Source: Patellaria atrata CBS 101060 (Eukaryota). Taken from it: a stretch of 64,000 nt of DNA. The stretch lies in contig MU006111.1 in NCBI GenBank assembly GCA_010093705.1, forward strand, positions 124,001 to 188,000, given 5' to 3'. A program made the position numbers and the translations under genes. Under the pieces are notes generated by a model. That model made no database searches. It was not told the DNA's origin and was given only the letters and a program-made list of their open reading frames with translations. Below, one piece after another: positions 22,818 through 36,070 of this stretch; the stretch's first letter is position 1; the number at the start of each line of letters is the position of its first letter.

Positions 22818-25670
22818 ATGTCTACAGACCACAGATCCAAATCTAAGAAGCTACGACGACGCGATAACGATGACTTCGACGACAGATGGGGCGACGAGGA
22901 AGATGACGGATTTGAAGAATCAGTACGATCCCCCAAAAGGGCTCGCCTTGACGTACGATCGCCTACACCACCAGATGAAGATGCGGACACCGTCGACCAG
23001 CGGGAGAGAATGGAGTTTGAGAAGCGGCTGAAGGATAGAGACAAGAAGGATTCCGGTCGGCCAAACAAACGAGAGCAGGCTGAGCTGAAGGAACCCACAG
23101 CTTCACTCGCTGATCTCCGTCTGCGGTCGCGGCAAGAATACCTTAAGAAGAGAGAGGCGGAGCAGATCGCTCTGCTCCGCCAGCAGGTGGCGGAAGAGGA
23201 AGAAGAAGCGCGGAGATCGAAGGAAAAGCTTACGTCCGCAGAATTAAGAGATTTCAAGAAAAATAAGGAGCTCTTGAGGTTGGCTTTGGAGAGGCAGAGG
23301 GTTGATGAGCATACAGATGGCTATCAGCTACCCACGGATTATATTGATGAATCGGGGAAAATTTCACGGCAAAAAAGGCATGATGCACTATACCAGCGAT
23401 ATGTGGATAGGGATGATCAGGGTCGGGAGCGGTATGTCACGGAAGCAGAGGAGTGGGAGAAGCGCCAGACAGAAATGGCGAAAGCACAGGTTACAGCACC
23501 ACTATCTCGAGCAGATGTTAATAGAGACGATTACGAGTTCGTGTTCGACGATAGCCAGGCTGTCAAATTCATCGCTGATGCCCCACTTCCCGGAGCTCGT
23601 AAGAATATGACAAGGGAACAGCTACTTTTCGAAGAACGGGTCGCGGAGGCCGAGAAGAAAGCTGCTAGTATCGAGGAAGTGCGGAAAAGCCTCCCTATGT
23701 ACCAATTCAGAGACCAGTTGCTTCAAGCTATCGCCGATCACCAAATACTCGTCGTTGTTGGTGAAACTGGTAGTGGTAAAACAACTCAAATACCGCAATA
23801 TCTACACGAAGCAGGATATACCAAGCGAGGTATAGTAGCCTGCACCCAACCTCGTCGAGTCGCTGCTATGTCCGTTGCTGCACGTGTAGCGGATGAGGTC
23901 GGCTGCCATTTGGGCAATGAAGTGGGATACAGCATTCGTTTCGAAGATAAGACGAACCCTGAGAAGACTGTTATAAAGTACATGACAGACGGTATGCTCC
24001 TGAGGGAGCTGATGTCTGAACCAGATATGGGTAAATATAGTGCAATCATGCTCGACGAAGCGCACGAACGGACTGTAAGCACTGACATTCTTATGGCTCT
24101 GGCAAAGGATGTAGCAAGAGCGAGACCAGATTTGAGGTTGATAGTGAGTAGTGCTACGCTTGACGCCCAGAAAATGAGTGCATATTTGGACAACTGTCCA
24201 ATCTTCAACATCCCCGGCCGAACATTTCCTGTCGAAATCATGTTTACCGCAGCACCAGAAGCCAATTATCTCGCCGCATGCGTAACAACAATATTCCAAA
24301 TCCACATCTCCCAACCTCTCAAAGGCCCAACTGGCACATCTGGAGACATACTCGTCTTCATGACCGGTGAAGACGATATAACAGCAGCCGTAGAAAATGT
24401 ACAAGAAACAGCGCGAAAGCTAGGCTCCGCAATACCCGAGCTCCAAGTCCTCCCTCTCTACGCCAGTCTCCCCAGCGAAGAGCAAGCCAAAGTCTTCACC
24501 CCAACTCCCGCAAAGGTCAGAAGATGCATCATCAGCTCCAACATTGCCGAAACTAGCGTGACGCTCCCATCTGTCAACTTCGTCATTGATCCCGGCTTCG
24601 CAAAGGAAAACGTCTACAACCCCCGCACAGGCATGGAATCCCTCGTCGTCTCGCCCATTTCCAGGGCCAGCGCAAACCAACGAGCCGGCCGTGCGGGCCG
24701 CACAGGACCTGGGACGTGTTTGAGGCTGTATACCCGCCACGCCTTCTACAACGAGATGGAAGAGAGCACGACCCCCGAAATCCTCCGAGCGCCCCTTCAC
24801 AGCGTCCTTCTCACGCTCAAAGCTCTCGGCGTCAACGATCTCCTCGACTTCGACTGGCAAGACCCACCGCACCAGGACAACGTCATCGCCGCTTTATCTC
24901 AGCTCTACGCCGTCGCCTTCCTCAACCATGAAGGCCGCCTGACTCAAAACGGACGCAAAGCCGCCGAAATCCCCGTTAAGCCCGAAGCTGCGGCTACGTT
25001 ACTGGCTTCCGCGAAATACGGCTGCGTCGACGAGGTCATCACGATCCTCTCCATGCTCGGGGAGTCAGGAGCGCTCTTTTACCGGCCCAAGAACCAGAAA
25101 CTGCAGGCGGACGCGGCGAGGGCGCGCTTCACGGTGAAGGAGGGAGGCGATATGACGACCTTGCTGCGGGTGTACCAGGAGTGGGAGGAGAGTGACTACT
25201 CGTACGTCTGGTGCCGCGAGAACTTCATCCAGCAAAAGAGCCTCAACCGCGTCCGCAACGTGAAGGAGCAGCTCGTCAAGCTCTGCGATCGGATCGAAAT
25301 CGCACCCTCCTCGTGCGGGGCGAGCAACGTCGGCCCGATCATGAAAGCCTTCGCCGCGGGCTTCTTCCCGAACGCCGCCAGGCTGCAGAAGGGGAGCTCC
25401 GGGGAGGCGAGTTACAGGACTGTCAAGACGGGCGTGTCGGTCGCCATTCATCCCTCAAGTGTGCTCTATACGGACCCGCCCAAGTGGCTGCTGTATTACG
25501 AGCTGGTCATGACGAGTAAGGAGTTCATGAGGAGCGTGTGTCCGCTCGAGCCGGCGGTGCTGGTAGAGGTCGCGCCGCATTATCACAAGATGAAGGATTT
25601 GGAGAAGTTGGGCATGGATAGGAAGATGCCGAAGGAGACGGGCAAGAGCGCGGTGGGGAGCAGGCTGTGA
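22818..25670 (+). CDS. DEAH-box pre-mRNA splicing helicase, Prp2/Cdc28/DHX16-like; intronless
   Basis: LRLRSRQEYLKKRE N-terminal block typical of DHX16; GETGSGKTTQIPQYL, TQPRRVAAMSVA, DEAH, SAT, QRAGRAGR, HPSS...YYELVMTSKEFMR. Confidence 0.88.
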   Translation: MSTDHRSKSKKLRRRDNDDFDDRWGDEEDDGFEESVRSPKRARLDVRSPTPPDEDADTVDQRERMEFEKRLKDRDKKDSGRPNKREQAELKEPTASLADLRLRSRQEYLKKREAEQIALLRQQVAEEEEEARRSKEKLTSAELRDFKKNKELLRLALERQRVDEHTDGYQLPTDYIDESGKISRQKRHDALYQRYVDRDDQGRERYVTEAEEWEKRQTEMAKAQVTAPLSRADVNRDDYEFVFDDSQAVKFIADAPLPGARKNMTREQLLFEERVAEAEKKAASIEEVRKSLPMYQFRDQLLQAIADHQILVVVGETGSGKTTQIPQYLHEAGYTKRGIVACTQPRRVAAMSVAARVADEVGCHLGNEVGYSIRFEDKTNPEKTVIKYMTDGMLLRELMSEPDMGKYSAIMLDEAHERTVSTDILMALAKDVARARPDLRLIVSSATLDAQKMSAYLDNCPIFNIPGRTFPVEIMFTAAPEANYLAACVTTIFQIHISQPLKGPTGTSGDILVFMTGEDDITAAVENVQETARKLGSAIPELQVLPLYASLPSEEQAKVFTPTPAKVRRCIISSNIAETSVTLPSVNFVIDPGFAKENVYNPRTGMESLVVSPISRASANQRAGRAGRTGPGTCLRLYTRHAFYNEMEESTTPEILRAPLHSVLLTLKALGVNDLLDFDWQDPPHQDNVIAALSQLYAVAFLNHEGRLTQNGRKAAEIPVKPEAAATLLASAKYGCVDEVITILSMLGESGALFYRPKNQKLQADAARARFTVKEGGDMTTLLRVYQEWEESDYSYVWCRENFIQQKSLNRVRNVKEQLVKLCDRIEIAPSSCGASNVGPIMKAFAAGFFPNAARLQKGSSGEASYRTVKTGVSVAIHPSSVLYTDPPKWLLYYELVMTSKEFMRSVCPLEPAVLVEVAPHYHKMKDLEKLGMDRKMPKETGKSAVGSRL

Positions 25671-26678
25671 TTAGGTAGCTAAGGTAGGGGACCGGATGTT
25701 GGACTTTTGGATGTATTTGTGAATGAGAGAACAATATCACACAAGACCAACCCCTTTCTCCAGTATCATGTTTTCCCCCTTGAAAAATAAAAACTCTCGA
25801 CTCGGAGCCAGCCCGTCGTACAAACCACGCATTCACAGGGGATCTTGCAGTTTCACAACAGCATGCACACACGATCTGTGACATCGCACCCGATCATTAC
25901 ACGGCGTCTTCGATTCCTATGGTTCGAGCTGGGAACCGTCCCGTCTATCTTTTTTATTTTTAAATTTTCTTTTTTGCGTGACGCCCTTTCCGCTTTGCAC
26001 GCAGTCGGCGTCTCGTGGCAGTCCGATGATTCAGATGTCGGGAGCTGAACATATGCATCAATCGTATTTCATTCATCTCGATCAACCGTCCACCGCGATA
26101 ATCGTTATTTACACAATAGCCATCCCGATTGTCATCCCCTGCGTCGATTCATTCAACATCATCCATCTCGCATCACTCGAGAATTTTTTTACTTGACAAA
26201 GAGGAAAATCCCGGCGTAAGAAAAGCGAAACAACATACGCACAGTGCGCCATTCCATTGAACTCCACACCATCCCATGTACAGACATGAAAAAAATAGAT
26301 GTACCTTGGAATTTTTGATCTCGTGAGAGAAGAACCAAATCTGAAGCGCCGTCCGACCCGTGTGCGTTGGAAAAGCCGTAAATGCTCATTATAACAAGAA
26401 AGGTTTGAAAACAATATGTATGAAAGTTGAAAGTGTAGCATGCATGACGAGAGAATGAAAGTTGGGAAAAATCGCCATATGCAGTTGTGCTGGAATTCAA
26501 TGTTCGATGCAGTCGTCTTGACCTTGAAAATACACCATTTTTGGTCTAACACGCATGAAGAACCTATTCCCGTCTTTTTCTGCTCTTTTCAGAACGTTGA
26601 TCTTGAGGCTGTCTTACCAAGATCCATGTGCCGTCGCTCGTGTGTATGTATGTAAGGAAACCTGATGGATGTTTCTTT

Positions 26679-28142
26679 TCACACCTCGTAGCTGGACATT
26701 TTGCGTCCTGGAAGCTTGGCCTCATATCTCATCCGACTTTGCATCATCTGGTCTCGATCGAAATGAGCGACCTCCGGATCCCTGCGACTGACATCTGGCG
26801 TTGTGGGACGCGAGCCAGACTGGAAACGGTCGGCAAGTGCCCCAAGTGATTTCATCTTTCGGAGACCCTTTGGTTTCTGTTGCTCTTTTGGCTTCCCTTT
26901 CTCTACTTTCACTATCTCTTCAACCTCAACCTTCCTTCCTAGCTTAATTTTGCGGAACTCGCGAGCTAACCTCTCCAACTTGCTTCCCGAGGATTTCGTG
27001 CGTGTGTGAGGGGTTGGAGGAGCCTCGGTGACGGAAATGCTCTTCGTATCGCTTGTTGAAGGTCTAGTCTTATCACTACCGAAAGAAACACCCGAATCCA
27101 CTTTGCGACCTCCACGTTTGCTCAAGTCATCAGCTGGTGCGAAGTCACCGACGCCGGTTACCTCAGCACAGTCGTCAAGGATGCTAAGTGTGATTCGTAG
27201 ATACTCTTCCAGAGAATTTTGAACGAGACCCCAACCGTCCTCTTCTCCTCTTTCTTTCCGTGCGCCAAAGGTAATCAATGGATCTAGGACACTTGGACCT
27301 TTCTTCTCCACACCCCCGATATATCTGAAGAACACATCACGCTGTCCTTTCAAAGTTTCCGGCGTGAGATTACGAGTTGGCGCTGTGGAGAGCAGTGGGG
27401 GATATAGAGTATTGAGCATCGCTAGGCAATTGTGCTTGTTGAAGGGTTTGAGCCTGAATTCATTGACAAGGATCTGGGATCAATCTATGTCAGCAAGGTG
27501 TTTTTATTTGTGAAAATTGCAAAAGGAAGCAAGGCATACCCATCTGCGAAAACCGATATACATCTGAGCGTATAAGTTTTCGGTCTTCCTGTTCTTATCT
27601 TCCAACTGCTCGACCCATGATTGCATGAGAGGATATTGATAAGACGCGTCTTCGGCAGATTGAAGTGGTCGATTGGGATCTAGGCCAATCGTAACATACG
27701 CGGCGGCAATATCTTTTCGCTTTCTCGTCTCTAAATCCTTCAGGTAGTCGAGGGAGGCAAGCGACTGAGGAAAATCAACTAATTCCAATACCGGATGGAA
27801 GCACTTTCGAAGGAAGTTGGCTATGAAAGTCGGAGGAAGAGAGCAGGACTGCGACGGCAATTGGGAAAGTTGCGCCATTAGGGAAGATTGTAGGTGAGCT
27901 GCTGCGTCGTAGGGAAACTGTTGTCCGACAGGTGAATTGCTGGCACTGGACGAGGTGCTTGGTGTGCGGGACAATTGTTGAAGTGGTTGAGCTCGAGGAG
28001 TGCAATTGAGGGTGTACATGGTACGAAGTGGTAGCTCGTAGGTGCCAGGATATGCCAAGATGTGCTCGAGAACAAGTTGGTAGGAGGCGGCAGAGGCAGT
28101 TGTCTCGGCTGATGAGGTGCGTGAATGAGCGAAGGTCGACAT
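26679..28142 (-). CDS. Conserved fungal hypothetical protein (2 exons)
   Basis: MSTFAHSR...LEHILAYPGTYELPLRTMYTLN...YIGFRRW|ILVNEFRLKPFNKHNCLAMLNTLYPP...GGRKVDSGVSF. Intron at about 27539-27474. Confidence 0.8.
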
Positions 28143-30384
28143 GTTGAGTGGGATTTTAAGGTGCAAGTACACCTGAGGGGAAGTGAAGATGCCAGTCGGT
28201 GCAAGTGAATGTTTATTGTTCTGTTTATATCGAAGACGATGACGATGACGTTCCAGAGAGCTCCAGATCCCGTGACTTCACCGAAGGAGAGAATATGAAA
28301 TGGATTTTGAAGTTGAGATCTGGGGTAGACGCTGTGGGAAAGATGGTCAAGATAGAACTACTCTGGGGGGGTGACGATCAACGTCAGAGCTCGCAGAGAC
28401 GAAACCCAGGGGCAGGGAGGCGAGTCGAACGGGCCAGCAATTGGAACCTACGTTCCGATTCCGATTTTCGTTTTCTTAAAAGAAAGGAATGACAGCAAGA
28501 GTATTATTTGTGAGGAGGTTGGAAAATTTAGCACAGAGGGAGAGAGAATGATGAAAGATTTGGGAATTGAGGAGCAGCAGAAGGGAAGAATTTTTCGAAG
28601 GTCGAGACGGGAATTCGCTTGGATGTTTGCTGTACTGTAGTCTGTAGGATAAGTCATGTAGGTCAAATAGGGATTCCACTAGGGGTTAGCAGCGTGTAGC
28701 CCTTTGAGGCTGGTAAAGAGTAAAGACGGGTGGAGTCTATGGATGGGATAGCATACTGGACGCTACTCGTACGGGTGATGAGGATGTAACTTTTTTCAAC
28801 TCCTCACTCCTGGCATATGCAGACCAAGTTCTGCGAGCACCTGCAGCTTGCATGAATCTGTTTCCAACGATCCTAGCTACTTATGTTAACTTCCAGCTAC
28901 TACGGTAACTCTTTGCTTCTAGCTACCTTAACGTCCTTGTATACGCTTTTCAGGCCCGCAGCCACCTCCTCCACGCCGCATTTGGGCATCTACTGTACTG
29001 TAAGGTGACCTCTTGATCCCCGTTGACCATCCCAGCGGCCACTCTTCGAACTTTGTCACAGTACACATATAGCTGACAAGATGTAGAGAAAGACCGCCAA
29101 GGACAACATCCAAACTACTTACCTTTACCCTCAAGGATAGACGTTTCGGGGAGAACTGTAGTCTGTCGGGGAATGGAAAGCCCAAAGGCTGAAAGCTCGA
29201 AAATCACGCCGTTCACTTTTTTAGGAGAGGAATCCTTCGGGATCATCATGGCTCTTTGTTCTAGGCTGAGTCCAGCAATTACTCCCACTTTTTCCGCGAC
29301 CGGTTCAAGCCATTTCGTCGAAGAGTTCGCTCAACTCGTTAATTCATGCAAAAGTCTGCAAATCCGAAGCGAACGATGCGGATATAGAAAGAAAAAGCTA
29401 TAGCCCGACCCAATGGGAAGGTAGCCAACGATTCACTAACAAACGCTACACGCTATCTTATGTATCCTTTTCCAATCATCATCCTGCGGTTGCTACGGCT
29501 CTGATACGTCTGATCGGTAACCCTTTCCTTTGAGCTTTCTTCTTTGTGGCATGATCAATTGCCACATGTTTTATGCGTTGAGATGTGCTCGAGCGGGTGT
29601 TAGACATAGTATCAGTTTCTCCTCTGCAGATGTCATCTTCTCCTCTACCTGTCGTCACCATTATTATTTCTTCAGGAACGAGGGGATTTGTCCCTATCAC
29701 GAAATCTGGCAAAGGTCGAAGGAGTGGTCTCTCCTCCATCGTGGCGTTGAGTCTATGCAAGATAGGTCCCGCAACCCCATGGTGAACCGATCTCTTTCAG
29801 TCTCTTTGAGCAAGGGAACAGACCTTCAACACGGCCCGGCAAGAAGATGAATGGAGATAACAATCTTCGATTGCTAACCTTGGTCATTACTATTGGTCCA
29901 TACCGGTGATAGATGGTTGTTGACAGATGCAGGGCTGGTCTCTGTAAAAACGCGTCTTCCCCCCTGTGAGCTTCATCCGTTTACGACCTTCACGGGCGCC
30001 TAAACTGCTTCAATACTCTCTGTTCTTTTTCAATCCGTTTTTCAACATCTCTCAATTGGGAAACAAAACGTCTCCTGCGTCGTGCGGGATGCTGTCACCT
30101 TCATAATAATCACACTTCACATGCGGTAAGATTCAACATCACCGAGACCGAGCGGGGAACCGGGTGTTATGTCTAACGGTCTATCTATTGCTGACTTCAG
30201 AACTCAGAAGTGTGGTAATGTACAGAGTATAGTTAATTCCCATGAAAAAAAAAATTGAGGAGTTGAGGAATTACCGTACCTTATTAGAACTTAAAGAGTA
30301 CGCAAGGCTGCACGCCTCCTCGTCTCCCCGTTTCAGGCTTTCAGCCCATGTTCAAAAAGAACATGGTGCAGTGCCCGAGAGCTA

Positions 30385-30422
30385 AAAAAAAAAGAATAAA
30401 AATAAAAATAAAAATAAAAAAA
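30385..30422. repeat. A-rich tract with (TAAAAA)n
   Basis: aaaaaaaaagaataaaaataaaaataaaaataaaaaaa seen directly. Confidence 0.8.
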
Positions 30423-30637
30423 TTCCTTCGGCTTCAAGGATGGGCATTCAGCACGTTTCTGAGCTTTTCAAGCACTGAATAAATAATGCGGGAACTCTGC
30501 TGCAAGGCATTGATAAACATGTGAGCAACGGGTTTCCTGTAGTTCTAGATGCGTCTCAACGTTGTCCAGTCTCTCAGGAACGGTGGAAATAAAATTGAAT
30601 GGATGAAGCAGCAGAGGCATTACTATTCTTATTCATA

Positions 30638-30666
30638 TTCTTCTTCTTCTTCTTCTTCTTCTTCTT

Positions 30667-30697
<31 letters not shown>

Positions 30698-30714
30698 TCA
30701 TTATTATTATTATT
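30638..30714. repeat. Compound microsatellite (TTC)~19 followed by (ATT)~5
   Basis: Seen directly in the intergenic region. Confidence 0.95.
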
Positions 30715-32502
30715 AAGATACGGTACATAACGTACAGGTCGGTACATACTGGAACTGATTAAGTAGAATAGCCCGTGTCAACCATGCGATTGTGGGGGAG
30801 CGACGGAGCCTTGACTCTTAAAGTTGATTTTTATAGCCAGGATTTACTTCAGAGTATCCGTAACACCAATGCCTTTTACTTTTCATACAGTACGCATATC
30901 TTCCTGGAAACAAGATTTCTAAGTTCGGCATCACCAGTTCAAAAAGCAGGGACAGCAACTTGCCCAGTTCTAGAGCCGACGAAGGGTAAAGTAAAGACCA
31001 TGATCTCTCAAGTCTCACCTCAACGACATCCGACAGGTGAACTCCTCAATAACAATAAGAGCTTTCTCTTACTTTCGTCAAGCTTTTACCTTTGACTAGC
31101 TTCTACCTTGTAATTCGCAAAGTCTACTTCTTCACCTCGAGGCTATCACCCAGCGTCAGTATTTAGCAGCTTCCACGTTTCTTTAGTATCATTCAGTCCG
31201 ACAATGCTGAAACACAGAATAAAATTCCTATCACGCCATGCACGAGTCTGGCCGACTCTTTGTTTAGGCTATTATACGAAGAAAAATCTCCTGCTACGGT
31301 ACGAGTATCTCACTATTGTTCTCACTCTCATCCTCAGGAGACACTGATGACTTATTACAATCGAACCACTTCTGTGCGATTAAATCGAAGTCAGTACAAA
31401 TATTCCGGCTCTTTCTCTAGTCTGAGAAGCTCGCCCTGAGGTCTTGCGAAGTTCTGGCAGTATCTTTTTATGCTGATCATGTGTGTTGAAGTCGAATCTG
31501 TTGAGATTGTGGAAGGCATACCATTGCGTTGAGAGTTGGGTAACTCACCCACTTAAAAGTCATTTATGGACTATTTCATGAGGCTATCACGGTAAAGTAT
31601 GAAACAGCCAATATAGCAGAGCAGAGCTTCAGATTCCTATTCCATAGATAAAGTCTTTGAGACTTCTGCACTTCACAGTAACCCGAGACACACCTGTATA
31701 TGACCATACGTAGAGACTCAGTCCTCGAATACTCTATCCCCATGCCTGTCACGGATCTAATTATACTAATAAACGTTATACCTACGTACACCCATTCCTC
31801 CTGACACCCATAGATCACAAATACGCCAATTCAAAATCAGTAGACTCAGATAACTAATACGGAAGAACAGAGAACTACAGCATAAATGGCCAAAATACAG
31901 GCGAAGGTCCAATCAGGTCCCCCGTACGATGCGACTGTTGTACCCTCGCGCTCGAATGTACAAAGTCACGTGAGGAAGCCGCAATTGTGGTTGTGTATAA
32001 CAAATGTCTAAGCAACAACCGTACCCCGGCGTACATTTCGTCTGCTTGTACAGTACAGGCACAGAGAGAAACACAAGACTTACATAGTATGGCGAATTAT
32101 GAAAGGAGAATCTTTATGGAATTCCACGGGATGCTCATAGGATCCTCCTGTTGACGAGCGTAGAGTAAGCTATGAACGTTTCCGATAGAAGAAGGGGCAA
32201 CATGTTGGATGAGAAATTTTCTTCGATTGAGTTCTTTTGATGACATGTCGAAGAATACTGTTCGAACAACGTATTATATACCAAGTTCTCACCTAGTGTA
32301 CTTGCGACAATTAGTCTCAGTTGTTTGTTCCCTTATACACGCAGTGTTTGTTCGCCCCAAGCAACTCCACCGGCCGGGTTTACCTCGGCTCAAACATCTG
32401 TCACCACCAGCATCATACTTTCGAACTATTTTGTTTCTCTGAGCTCCACGATAAAGCTCACTAATCACCCACTCGCTCCAGCTTCAGCCTCCGGGTTGCA
32501 TA

Positions 32503-34159
32503 ATGAATCAGGATGACTTCCGCAAGCTCGTCCAAAGCACCCCCCGCGTCCAAAATGGCACTTCCACCAGCTCCTCGCGCCCGAGCGGCACTCCCTCGAC
32601 ATTGGGCTCTCGAGCTCGAGCGAGCATCCCGATGACTCCGTACGTCTGTCTCTCACTACCGTCCCCTCCATGCACTTCGCTAACTGGGAACCAGGCGCTC
32701 CGTCCGTGGAGCCGGCGGAGTCGACTTCAAACGCCAACTTGCCGACCGCAACGCCTCGAACCAACCTAGTAAAAAGTTCAAGTCGTGGGCTCCCAAGGGC
32801 TCGAGGCTAGCTGAGGGGTATATCGACCGCGCGAAAGAGCGCGCGGAGCACGAAAACGAGGTCGATGAGAAGGAGGAGCGGATCCGGGCCCTGGAGGAAC
32901 AGATGAAGCTCGGGCAGATCGATCAGCGCACTTTTGAGTCGCTACGGGACCGGATAACGGGCGGAGATTTGAGTATGACGCATTTAGTTAAGGGTTTGGA
33001 TCGGAAGCTGTTGGAGAGGGTGAAGAGGGGTGAGGATGTTTTTAAGAGCGGTCCTTCTGCGGAGAAGGAGGAGCAGGGAGGGGATGTGGATGAGGAGCTT
33101 GAAAAGCTGGAGGAAAAGGGGGTTACGCCGGTTCCGAGGGAGAAGACAGTTAAAAAGGGGGAGATGGCTCCGCCGCATCCACCACCGGCACCGGTGGCAG
33201 GGGTGAAGAGGACGAGAGACGCTATACTTGCGGAACTGAAAGCTTCGAGAAAAGCGGCTGCTGAAGCTAAGAAGGCGGCGCTGCCCCAACTAGGGTCAAA
33301 ATTTCGTAAGATTGGTGAGCAGCGTGCGGGTTCCCGTGTCGAGATTGATGAAAGGGGGCGCGAAGTTCTGATCACGGTAGACGAGGACGGACACGTAAAG
33401 CGGAGGGTCAAGAAAGTTAAAGAAGAGAACGGTGGTGCAAGTGATTTATCTCTCCTCGACAAGACCGCAAAACCCTTGGGTATGGAGGTTCCGGACCTCC
33501 CACCCGCTCCTCCGCCCGAAGAATCCGACGACGATATCTTCGAAGGCGTTGGGGATGACTATAACCCACTAGGAGACATCCCCGACGCATCCAACACCGA
33601 CACCGACACCGACTCCGACGATGAAGAAGGGGAAACAAAAGGAACTCCCAAACCCGCACCTCCCTCACCATCTGCGGGCTCGCAGGAGCCAGAAGAGCCA
33701 CCCTCCCCCAAACCAACGGACACCGCCCGCGGCCCCAGGAACTACTTCAACGATACCGCTTCCCCATTACCCACTTCGTCAACCTCCGGTCCCCTCACGG
33801 ACAGCACCGTCCTCGCAGTCCTGCAAAAAGTGCGCATGCTCGACGTCCCGTCGGCCACCGAACTAGAAGCCGAAGCACGCCTCCGTCGCCGCGCGGCCGA
33901 GCTCGGCGCGGCAGACCGCGACCTGGAAGACCTGGACATGGGCTTCGGCTCTTCGCGCTTCGACGACGCCGAAGATCTCGAGGGCGGGGAACGGCTCAAG
34001 CTCTCTGAGTGGGGCGCGGACGACGATAACGGCGAGGAAGGCGGGAAGGGGAATAAGAAGGGAGGGAGGAAACGGGGGCCGAAGAAACGGAAGGGCGATA
34101 AGAATAGTGCGGTCGATGTGTTGAGGGTTATGGAGAGTAGGAAGAAGGATGGGGGATAA
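32503..34159 (+). CDS. RED/IK-like spliceosomal protein (RED N-terminal domain)
   Basis: MNQDDFRKLV; intron 32640-32694; PKGSRLAEGYIDRAKER; GGDLSMTHLVKGLDRKLLERVKRG. Confidence 0.85.
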
Positions 34160-34652
34160 GGGCCAATGATCAGTGAAGGCAGGCAAGAAGATGAGAATAG
34201 CCTACCACGAGTCGAATATAGAACCCTCTGATTGTAAGCGCAAGTGATCGATTCCAGTCAGATGTGCTGCCATTACAACACAAACCCTGCGACGGTTAGG
34301 AAGCTGCGGGAGACTACACTCGCTGATGAAAAAATATAAAAAAAAAATAGAATTTTACATGCCCAAAATGAGGTGGGTCGAGTGGTGGAAATAAGTTAGA
34401 CTTCTGGAATCATTTGCGGAGACTGATATGCATTCAAATCTAGTAGCACAAGGAAGTGAAAAATTACAGCTTTCGGAACCTCAAAATGCGGTTCTGTAAG
34501 CAGAGATTCCAGCAAAAACTCCCGACCTTGAAATGTCTCGCGCCGTGTCATGCTGCAATCTATGTTTACAAGTTTGCTGAATGATGCCCTTCTTGACGGT
34601 TTCTGCATACCTCTCCTCGAGTTCAAACACTCTTCGAGGGGAATTGGCCTAC

Positions 34653-35645
34653 TCACTCCAAGTCCGCAGTGACATTGGAAAACTCGCCCTTCTCCAACTT
34701 CGTCTTCCAGAAAATCGGATTCGTATCCGAGAAGCCATGCTTAACCCACCCACTCTCCTTGACATGATACAAATTGATAAAACCACCTGAAAACGCATCC
34801 CTATGTGTCGCCGCCAGGATAGACCTCCTCCCCAACTCTAACGCCTCCTCCTCACTCAAGTCATACGAGTACTCAGCATCCAGTACGCCGTATGCAAACG
34901 TCTGCCCGGATCCAACGCAGAACAGGTTGCCCGCGAGCCGTGTGCCGTCGCTGTCGATGTAGTAGAGCGCGGGACCCTCTTGGGGAGTGACGCCGGCGCA
35001 CATGGTGCCCATGGAAAGGCCCATACCTTTGTAGGCGTAGACGAGGTTGGCAAGGATCTTTGAGGCGGCGGCAACAGAGATGCGGCGTTTGTGGCGGAGT
35101 TCGTGGAGGCGGCATTGCATGCCAAGGTAGGCGAGCCAATATTGACAGTCCTGTATTTCGGTGTGATTAGTGCCATTGTCGTGTATAGGAGGGGTATTAT
35201 TTTGGGGGTCTGGACAGAGGGACTTACAGCTGCTCCGCCGGCCATCGTTCCTAGCAACATCGGGTTGATCTCTATGACTTTCTTGACTGTCTGGCTTGCT
35301 ATCCAGTTACCGGCTGTGGCTCTGGAGTCTGTGGCTACGATAATGCCGCCCTTGAATCTGAATGCGAGCGTGGTTGTGCCGTGAGCGATCTTTATGGGGC
35401 AGTTAGGATTGGAGTAGTCGTCTGTCATTGCGCGGAGCCACGCCGAGGGCTGCGGAAAGGATTATGGTTAGCAAAGCTCTAAGACCCTATCAGTGAGCTT
35501 GGGAATCACTTACTGAGGCAATCGGAGGTAGTGCAAATTTGAGGGATAATGAGGGAGTCGATTCAATGAGCTCTTGTTGTTCGTCTTGCGAGTAACCTTC
35601 ATCATGGTGGGCTGGTCGACTGTATTGAGCTACTAATGCGTCCAT
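34653..35645 (-). CDS. PRE2: 20S proteasome subunit beta5 (chymotrypsin-like)
   Basis: Propeptide [11 protein letters not shown], then [40 protein letters not shown] and HRDAFSGG. Two introns. Confidence 0.96.
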
Positions 35646-36070
35646 TATAAAAGTCCCTATTCTGGTTCGAAAGGAGGAAAAGGTATTACGCTGGATGGAC
35701 GGAGATAGCTGGTCCTGGTGGTGAGTTTGAATTATCGATGAAGCTTCCGAAGCTTCAATAACCACTGTTAGGCACCGCATTCGACAGCGCGTCAATAGCC
35801 AAGACTTGCTCGTCTTTGTCAGCCGGAGCCGCATCAGGGGTTAGACGACATCTCATCGTTTTGAGACCAAGATATTTCAATTCTGAACACATTTATAGCA
35901 ATATTATTCGCATTACTGATTAGACCCTATTGTAGAGAGATATACTATATAACAGCAGATCTGAAATGTGACTCTCCAACCGTTACCCCATCATCTACTT
36001 CAAACCCAACAATGCAAACAACCTCCCCAGGAAAATACAACTATATAACATAGAAGAAATCAAAATTTCA

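Noticed and set aside
25659..25670. C-terminal SRL (PTS1-like) on the DEAH helicase
   Set aside because: A nuclear spliceosomal helicase with no other peroxisomal hint; a tripeptide match is likely chance.
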